Assembly (NCBI GenBank): GCA_964247055.1
Contig: OZ176058.1
Coordinates: forward strand, 3,348,001-3,412,000
DNA length: 64,000 bases
Direction: 5' to 3'
From: Paragordius varius
Taxonomy: Eukaryota; Animalia; Nematomorpha
Of this stretch, positions 54,816 through 64,000 are shown piece by piece. A program made the position numbers and the translations under genes. Numbering within the stretch: the stretch's first letter is position 1; every line of letters starts with the position of its first letter. The notes under the pieces are model-generated. The model was not told the origin of the DNA and ran no database searches. It was given only the letters and a program-made list of their open reading frames with translations.

Positions 54816-57800
54816 GTATGATTTTTACCCAATAATGTTTTTGAAATACAGTAAAATATTGGAATACGAACAAAATGTAAAAATTAAAGACAAACATTAT
54901 TTTCCTAAAGAAAATCATACTTTTTAAACTCCATTTTTTAAAATATAACTCATTGTTTTAAATTGCAAATTTTGAAATTGATAAACTGGTGATACAATCA
55001 ATTTTATATATAACAATTGTAATAGATAGCTTATATAGAAAAATCATGTTGTCTTTTTATAAAAATTGTTTTTATATTTTTACCCAAATGTTTTATTGTA
55101 ATAAAATGGGTTTTTTATAAAAATTGATTTTTAAGCTTATAGATAGCACTTCTCTATAGAGGTGTAGACTTTCACTATTGCTCTATGAATTTTTTTAATA
55201 CTTTAAATTTACCCAATAATGTTTTTTCGATATAATTCAAATAATAGTTAAATAATAACATATCTTTTCGATATAAGTAAGATATTGTTTAAATAATTGT
55301 TTGCGAACCTTTGGAATAAGTCGCTAAATATTGCCAAATAGCCAACTTAAAAATGTTTGAGCTAAATATTTTATGAATGAAGAATTTTTGAGTTTTTGCC
55401 ACATAGCGTATAACACCCTTAGCAGAAATATGAATCTCATTGTCTGCATTAATGTTAATATATAAATTATTTCGATTAAACTTAATATATTTCTTAAAGA
55501 AAACCATCCTTTTTTAAACCATTATATTTTTTCCATAAAAACCGATATCATTATAATTGTAAAGTGCATGTTTGAAAATGTTAATAATATACATTTCTAT
55601 TCTATATTTTGCCCAAAATAACAGGGTTGTATATTAAAAATAAATGTTTAAAAAGAATAAAGTGATTAGATCTTTTTTATTATTGTAGTTAAGTCTTAAA
55701 TGATTCCAATATATTATTTTATTATAATACAAATTTTAATCGATTATACATACATATATATAAGGCTTTCATGTGTTATACAAACATAAAAAAATACAAC
55801 ATACTGTTGATTAAAAACAATATAATAAATGATTCGACCAGGGTGCCCAAAAGGTAGCCCTGCGAGATTTAAAGGGCAACCGCGATAATTTAGAAAATTT
55901 TAGATGCATATTTTAATCTAAAATTCCCAATCGTGTTAAAATCAATATTTTTTAATTAATTTTAATAATTATTTTCTTAGATTTTGGAAATAAATTGGCA
56001 AAAATTGGTGAAAATTTGTATATATTTTTTTAAGGTCCATATACTTTATAAATGCTGCCTGCTGGCTCTAATAAATTATTTTTAAGGAAGAACTTTGTAT
56101 TTTATTTATACGATTAATTTTTATGTCGTATATAACTGTAAAAAAAGTTAAGACAAAATATGAAAATTATATTTTTTAAAGGTCAAATATTTTTAAAAAT
56201 TGGATTTTTACTTAAAATAAATAATTAGAGTTTTGAGTTGCGAAATAAGGAATAAAAAAATGATAATTGGTAACACACTCAATTATAATTATAATTATTT
56301 AGTTTATAAACCAAGGCACTGGTATTCAACAAAAATGTTTAAAGGGTGACAAATAAGATATTGACCTTTTCTCTATATAATACCGCCAAAAATTTCAAAG
56401 CTGTTTACATTTCTATTTCATATAAGCACATCAAAATTTTAATACAGTAAAAATTGAAATTATACGGACAAAAGGTAAAAGTATAAAAACAAATATTTTT
56501 ATCTAAAAGACAACCATACTTTTTGAAACCATAATTTTTCTCATATAAGCTATATATTTACAATTGTAAAATAAAGAATTGATTTTAGTATTATATATCT
56601 CTATTTCAGATATGCCATTTTAGACAATAAGTTAAATTGAAATAAGTTAAGATTCAAAAATTATGGTTGTATATTTTTACGTTTTGTCCGTATAATTTAA
56701 ATTTTTACTGTAAATAATTCTGGGTTATAAAAAAGTACTTTAGGGCTTTGAGATGTGAACTATACGTCGCAGTTTGAGCATCCGTATTTAAAACACCATA
56801 TAGTTATCTTAACTTTATGAAAAATTTATATCAGTGTCCAACTAACTTTTTACATGTCATTCTTACTTTTTTTTCACTAAACTAATGATAGGCCATTGCC
56901 CACCCGGATGGTTTAGGGGTAATCCAACCTCGTGTGCCTGTTTTAAAATGTACACCAGAGCGGACCGCTTATTGGCAAAATCTTTACAGTTGGGAGGAAC
57001 TCAACGGGACATTCAAACAATCCCATATGAACCATTATTGGCACACGTTGTTAAATTAAATTGGTACAATGCCATGCAAAGTTGTCAACTGCTTTATCCC
57101 GGGGCTCAACTCCTTAGTTTTGAGACGTCGAATGAAATGGTTAATTCTTAACATTTAACTAATATACTGTGGCTTCTCTCATATTCTTGGATACAACAAA
57201 AATTGCACCCCTGATAATTCAGAATAAGCCATAAATTGGAAATATTGCATATAAGTAAAAAAACTTAAAAACTCATATTAAGCTAGTCAGCTTGTGGTTT
57301 TCTTTGTCTCGTATATATTAGTTAAATGAAGCTAAATTTGGCACTCTATATATATTTGTTCAGCATTTTTAGCCTTAACCTATAATTAATTAATTTTATA
57401 CGAGATTAATCCTCTTTTACCGCTTCGTATTGTAAACAACTTTTCAGGATTTCACAATAGTTTGGAGCTAACAATGTGACAGAAAAGCGATATTTATATA
57501 ATAACAATTGATTTTAAAGTTTAAAAAAACTATACTCCTCTATCCTACAATAATTATAATGTATATAGGGATGCAAGATATTTAAAACCATTTAGCGATT
57601 AATTTGATTGATTGGTATTAATTGAGAAATAGGCAGCGGTACGTTAATTATAATCGACCCCTATTTTAGGAAATTCTTTATATGGTTAAATTCTAAAATG
57701 ATTCGTTCCTAACATCAATCTGTTTTTCATTTCAAATTATGCAAAATTTACCCCAATTTAAAAGAGGTCGCCTACTTTGGAACATATATATTGACATGAA

Positions 57801-58968
57801 TATCTATTACAGTAGAAACTGATATTATACGGACAAAACGTAAAAATATAAAGACAAATATTTTTTTCTAAAAGACAAATTTTTTTTTTTAAATTTTTAT
57901 TTCAATGTAACACATTGTTTTAAATGGCAAATCTGAAATAAAGATATATATAACTAACACAATCAATTCTTTATTTTGTAATTGTAACTAAATGGTTCAT
58001 ATGAGAAAAATTAAGGTTTTAAAAAGTATGGTTGTCTTTTAGATGAAAATATTTTTCCTTATATTTTTACGTATTGTCCGTATAATTTCAATTTTTACTG
58101 TAAAATAATATTTAAAATTGTTATAGGCTTTTTAACTTACATTCACACTAAAAAATGCATTATACAGACAAAAAAATTAAACAACCATACTATATTAAAC
58201 TTAAATTTTTTTGATTCATCGTTTTGAGTGTTAAGGAATAGAGATGCAAATTTTCATTCACAATTACGTAATGTAGATGCTTGGAATTATAAATTATATG
58301 TCGGAAAAAATTAAGGCGTTTTACCAGATATATGGTTGGATGTCCTTTAGAAAAACCAAATATTTCTCTTTAATTTTTTACGTTTTGCCTGTATGATAAT
58401 TTTAATTTTTACTGAAAAAAAACAATAATGTAATTTTAATCGAACCGTATTGATGCGTTTTATTCAGTAAAAATTGAAATTATGCGGGCAAAACGTGAAA
58501 ATATTAAGACAAATATTTTTTTCAAAGACAAACAGCTATACTTTTTTAATCTTGCTTTTTAAATATAACTCATTGTTTTAAACTACAGAGTATAATATAG
58601 AAATGTAAATTGGTAAAGCAATCAATTATATATTTTATGATTGTAATTAAATGTTTTTTATAGTATAAATTAAGGTCAGATATATTATTTTTTTAAAAAA
58701 AAATTGTCATATTTTTACATTTTCGTACAATTTCAATTTTTAAAGGATTTAATGAAGAACTTTTTCTGCCCACTCCCATTTATTGGTTTTGATTCGTGGA
58801 TTCAACAAGCTGTCTATACTGGACCTAACGAATATTCGAGCATAAATTTTGATCGTTACAGGTTTATAAAATATTATCAATTTATACTTTGCCTTAAATT
58901 AATTCGCCCCGCTTTTATTAAACTTTTTGTATACGTAGTGCTTTATCAACTAATAAATACGATATGAA

Positions 58969-59004
<36 letters not shown>

Positions 59005-62000
59005 ATTTTTAAAACATAAAATTTATTATATTGAAATGTGGAAAATAAATTTTATCAACTAATCACAATATCATGTGATATAATATTTGCACCATTAGCC
59101 CAAGTTTTTAAGTTAAAACTGTTAGGAAGTACTCAAAAAAAGACTTTACGCGCCGCATATGGGCTTTATTAAATTTAAACATAGACGGTTAAAAAATGAC
59201 CAACACCCTACTATTTATTACATAAATTTTTCGCGAGTTCGTTACCTAAATATGGACAGAAATGTTAAATTTCAGGAATTTCTAAATATTTTTGAGAATT
59301 AAGGCATTTTTGTGTTATTTAATAATTTTTCAAAATTTTTGCATGCCGTACCTATTATATCGAAGGGCCGCGTTTATGGATATATTGGTGTTCATAGTGA
59401 GCTAAAAGTAATAAAAAAATTTATTTGTATTGCGAAATTCAAAGAAATCGAAATCCAAAATTCAATGTATAAATATTATAAAGTGACATGATGGGATAAT
59501 CAACGCATTTTCACAATTGTGGGGTTTATTATGAGGGAGTTATAGAAATATGACAGATTTTATGTAAATATTCCTTCACTCAAAATAAATTTTTTGAAAA
59601 ATCGCAAATGTATAAATTAAAGCTTCGATACAAATCGATGTCAATGAATAACCCATGTCAACTTGGATAAAATTATATTTTAAATTTAGATATCCATTAA
59701 ACCCTATCGAAAAAATTTGTTTTGAAAAAAAATAGTTTCTTATCAAACTATTTCGCGCATATTTTATTTTGCCATTTTTTAGCAACGTGTATTTTTGGAA
59801 TTTATTGATGATTTAAATGTTAATCTCTATTTAAAATTTAACATCATTAAAGAAAACAATGGTTTAACTTTTAAACTATGCTATAATGCACTCATTATTG
59901 TTTTAATTTTTGCTTTCGGGTTTATCCATAAAATAGAAAAATTAAGTCATTTTGCATGAATTTTTATATTTTATATTTAACATGTATAAGTCCAAAGTTT
60001 AGGAATGATTTCTATAGATTTTTATTTTTTTTAATATTTAACAAGCCTAGCGTCTTTTACTCATAATTGATTGCATGAAATTAAAGTTTTTTTTGAATAT
60101 GTAGAAATTTTCACTGTATATTTATATATATATATATATATATATAGTATTATATACAATAATGCCAAAGAATATTTGAATAATTTTTAAATTTAAAGCC
60201 AAAGGAACAATGCTAATTAACCATTAATTTGCTGTTCAATTAGTCATATAATACATTGGTATGTACACGAAAACATTAATTTAGATATATACGGACAAAA
60301 CGTTGCAACTTAAAAATAAATTGACAACCATATTTTTATTTTAATTCTTTATAAACTAATGGTTACAATTTTGGGTGGAGTGAATAAAAAAAAGGAACCC
60401 CTTTAAGTGTTTCCTATGCTCACTTTTTCAAAGAAAGGGTTTTCTTATAATTCATATAAAAAACACATCTGATTAACTCTCGAGTTTCCTTAAACCATGC
60501 CTAAAACCGATATAAATGTACCTAAAGAAAAATTGAGACTTCTTCTTGCAAAGTAACTTAATATTTAATATTTTAGATATCCCATAGTTTTTAACAAATC
60601 TATGGTACCGTATATTGTAATTCAAAAAAAGAATATAAAAATCTACAAAATGATTTGTTGTCAGAAACAAAGAAATATTATGATATAGATCAGATATAGC
60701 GATAGATATGAAAACTTCAATCAAAAAAATATGATTTAAATAATACAGGAAACGTTGTCATAAAAGATCGCACGAAATCGGAGGAAATATTCCTAAATTC
60801 TTAAGATCGCACAGAATCGGAAGAATTTTTAAATTATCATGACAATCTAATTCACATTTTAAATTAAATAATAAATAGATTAAAGTTTATTTATGCATTT
60901 TTTTATGATAAAATAATAGTTTGTATACAAATTTTCATTTAGCAAAAATAACTAATAAACTGATTGACTTAATATTTTTGAGGCTTGCATATACTAAGAA
61001 ATGAGATTTGTTCGTTAATCGAAATCAGGAAAAAATATTTTGTCATAAAGTTTATTGTTTGATTATTAAATCGTAGATTTTTTTTATAGATAATTGATTC
61101 TCTTATATCTTTTTTTGTTTCTTATCTAAGATCGTTGAGCAAACATTTAGTTTCTACGCTGTATTCCAAATATACTAGAAAAAATGTTTAAAAAAAACTT
61201 TGAAAATTGAAATTTTAACTTATCGAATCCAATATCAAAACCGTATTAGCTCTAATTGCCTTGTTTGATCCTCTACTATCGATTGTTATAAAATTTATAA
61301 ATATATAAGGATGGTATTTAGCATCCTAAAAAATATGTAGGGTTTCCTTTAATAAATTTTTTTATTCACTTGAAAACAAGTGTTTCCTTAAAAATCTAAT
61401 GTTAATTTTTTTAGGGTTTCCTTAGCATTTTATTCACTCCAAATTAAGGAATCTCTTAAAAAAGCTAAGGAAAGAGTGTTTCCTTTTTTTTATTCACTCC
61501 ACCCTTTGAGATATGTCATTGAGTTTGTTACCAATTTATATCTGAATTTCTTGTTTCCCAACCCAAAAGGCGAAGTTATACGGACAAAACGTAAAAATAA
61601 AGAAAGTCAAATATTTTTCTTATTCTCTTATACTATGTAATTACAATTGTAAAATATATAATTAATTACGTTACCAAAATACATCTCTATTTACTTTGCA
61701 ATTTTAAAAAAACAAAGGTTTAATTACGAAAAATCAAGAATTAAAAAGTATGGCTGTTTTTTTGAAAAAAATTCGTCTTTATATTTTGACGCTTTGACCA
61801 CTTATAGTTTCGATTTTTGCTGTATATAAAAAAGGGTATTTCTGTTATAGAAAAATATGGCTGTAGTCTTTTAATTTTTGCGTTTCGTCTGTATAATTTT
61901 ATTCAGTTTTTACTGTATATGCTTTACAAATATAGAAATGAACGGAATGGATTTTGCAGTTTACTATATATGACGCCGTACGGGGATTTAGCTAATGTAA

Positions 62001-63165
62001 CTACTCGATGTGATGAAGCCCATTCATTTATTTGTAAAATAAATTTGGGTAAACTATATAAATATTTTTTATAAAATTTATTTTTAAACTATGAAGATTC
62101 ATAAAAAAAATGTAATTTTTATGGGTATAACAAAATCTCTTATCCATATATATATATATATATATAAACATATATGTAGAGAACCAATCGTTTTGGTTTC
62201 GCTAAAGGGAATGTTAATTGATAAAAAACGGAATCTCTAAGTTAAAAAAATATTAACTTTTTTATAAGGAGAACAATGTTTGCCAAAAATTCTTAAACAA
62301 ATTTGGTATATTACAAATAAGACTAGAGGTTAAAACAGAAGTATGCAATGATAAAATATATCTTACACTTAAGAAATTATTTACGTTTTTGTCCATACTT
62401 TATTTTAAATAAAAGGTGTTTAGGACAATATTGAACTAATTTAATGGTTCCCAAACTTTGTATTGAGACCTTAATTAAAAATCAAATGTAAACTATTATA
62501 TAATAATTGCCCAAAACACGGTAATAAAATAATTTAATTGTAAAGACAACAGGTAAAACTAAAAAATTTACTAATCTATTCTCTAGTTTTCTATTACCTG
62601 AATAATTATTGTCATATAAATATTTGAGTGCATTAATTTTCAACTCTATTCCTTATATCGTTATTTAAAATAATAGGTTATTTTCCATATCCAACTGTTT
62701 TATTAGTTTAAAAAATTTGCTTATGCTTCATATATTCACTAAGTAATTCTTTATAACTCCCTTTTCCAAATCCCATTTTTCAAATTGTTCGATTTTTATT
62801 AAATAACCTTCTTTTTTTGAATCAAAATTTAATTTATATGTCACTAATTCAAAAAATTCATATGCTCAAATCCATATTCTTTTATTCATAGTTTAATTAT
62901 ATAATTTAATTGGTTTAATTATTTGCCATAGGTAATTGCATTACAAATCAAACGTTTAACAATCCCTTGTTGCCAGATCAAATTTTAAGGCCAGGCGAGA
63001 TTTTACCGGAACCCTCAGGTCAGGATTCTATTCCCCCCTCAGGTCAGGATTTATTTGATCCACTTTTGGGAAAACATGGTCCAACACGGGTTAATGTTCA
63101 AATTTTAAGTGACACTCAACCGCTTGTATTCAATGGTGTACCTGTGAGCAATAATACATCTCAAG
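54566..63165 (+). CDS. Secreted or membrane C-type-lectin-domain protein (at least 5 exons; probably continues past 63165)
   Basis: Exons 54566-54815, 56892-57139, 58746-58861, 61936-62048 and 62932-63165 with phases 1/0/2/1. Hydrophobic N-terminal segment. CTLD hallmarks HCPPGW...CACFKMY, LNWYNAMQSCQ...GAQLLSFETSNE, C...RCDEAHSFICK. Confidence 0.75.
56892..57139 (+). CDS. CTLD gene exon 2 (N-terminal half of the lectin domain)
   Basis: gatag|GC CAT TGC CCA CCC GGA TGG...ATG|gttaat. Confidence 0.85.
58746..58861 (+). CDS. CTLD gene exon 3: DLMKNFFCPLPFIGFDSWIQQAVYTGPNEYSSINFDRYR
   Basis: ttaaag|GAT...AG|gtttat; phases fit both neighbours. Confidence 0.65.
60373..61504. mobile_element. Non-autonomous TIR element of 1132 bp, PIF/Harbinger-like, nested in a MITE-B
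   Basis: TIRs GGGTGGAGTGAATAAAAAAAAGGAA and TTCCTTTTTTTTATTCACTCCACCC; TTT on both flanks (possible 3-bp TSD); subterminal TTTATTCACT and GTTTCCTTA repeats. Confidence 0.7.
61936..62048 (+). CDS. CTLD gene exon 4: NERNGFCSLLYMTPYGDLANVTTRCDEAHSFICKINL
   Basis: aatatag|A AAT...TTG G|gtaaac; C-terminal CTLD cysteines and FICK. Confidence 0.85.
62932..63165 (+). CDS. CTLD gene exon 5 (Pro-rich, PSGQD twice)
   Basis: gccatag|GT AAT TGC...CAA G|gtattt. If unspliced it stops at TAA 63171-63173. Confidence 0.65.
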
Positions 63166-64000
63166 GTATTTAAAAGATTCAACGTAAAAAGACTAATTTT
63201 GTAAAGGAAAAAATCTAAAAACCCATTTGTACTCAAAAAATGGTTATCTTATTATTTTTCCTTTTATGTTGTATAAAAAAAATTTATTGTTAATGGTTAA
63301 ATCTAGATATGTGTGGCTATGGCATTATAATCAAAATGTTCGGCCCAAACTAATATATTTTTAAAATCTTTCAATAAAAAGCGGAAGCTTAAAAAGTTGT
63401 CTTTTTTTTCGAAGGGTATGACAAGAATTTAAATTAGATTTAGGCAATTTTTATAACAGGCAATACATAAAAATAAAATGTATCCTTTAAATAAGTTTTT
63501 TTTAAAAATATATTATTTATTTACATTTTATGTTTTGAACAATTCACATTTACCCTTAATTATGTGTTTTTCGGCTAATATAACTCATCAATAATTTGAA
63601 TTATTTTTTTATATCAAAGTGCATCATTTTTTAATATTATGTTGAAAAACCAAATTTTATTTTTTAAAAATGTAGGTAGTTTTTAACATTCGAAAACAGA
63701 TAGTTTATTTTAGGGTTCAAGAATAATTTTTGTTCGAGGGTGAATTTGAATTGTCCAAGGGTGAATTTCGAAAATGAATTCGTGCTTTAAATGGGTCCTC
63801 CACCCACCTTTCCATATGAGAAAATAATATAAAAATTTTATTTTTACTAAATTTGCACCTTTTTATATATTTAACAGTTGACTATTGATACAGTAAAAAC
63901 TGAAATTATACGAATAAAACGTAAAAATATAAAAACAATTTTTTTTTGTAAACCATACTTTTTAAAACCTTAATTTTTGCTATATAAAAATATTTAATCA

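Overview
This is very AT-rich eukaryotic genomic DNA (roughly 80% AT by eye, not computed). It is probably from an invertebrate animal, but the species cannot be identified from the window. It holds four spliced genes that the ORF track mostly misses, each rebuilt by hand from GT-AG junctions with consistent phase. (1) The 3' eight exons of VPS4 (+, 432-27606). (2) A 3-exon tandem-GNAT acetyltransferase (-, 30549-33544). (3) A complete 9-exon SPPL3 aspartyl intramembrane protease (+, 40774-51824). (4) At least five exons of a secreted C-type-lectin-domain protein (+, 54566 to at least 63165). Two RTE-like LINEs sit in VPS4 introns. One is near full length with a single frameshift; the other is 5'-truncated with a PHD finger after the RT motifs. 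Introns are packed with non-autonomous DNA transposons (Tc1/mariner-type, hAT-type, one Harbinger-like) and tandem arrays. The most unusual signal is in the VPS4 introns. They contain tandem arrays that copy the exon ends together with their splice sites (intact decoy donors and acceptors), and the copies differ from the real exons mostly at silent positions. Real splice sites are also unusually degenerate, and MITE termini cluster within about 35 nt of splice sites.
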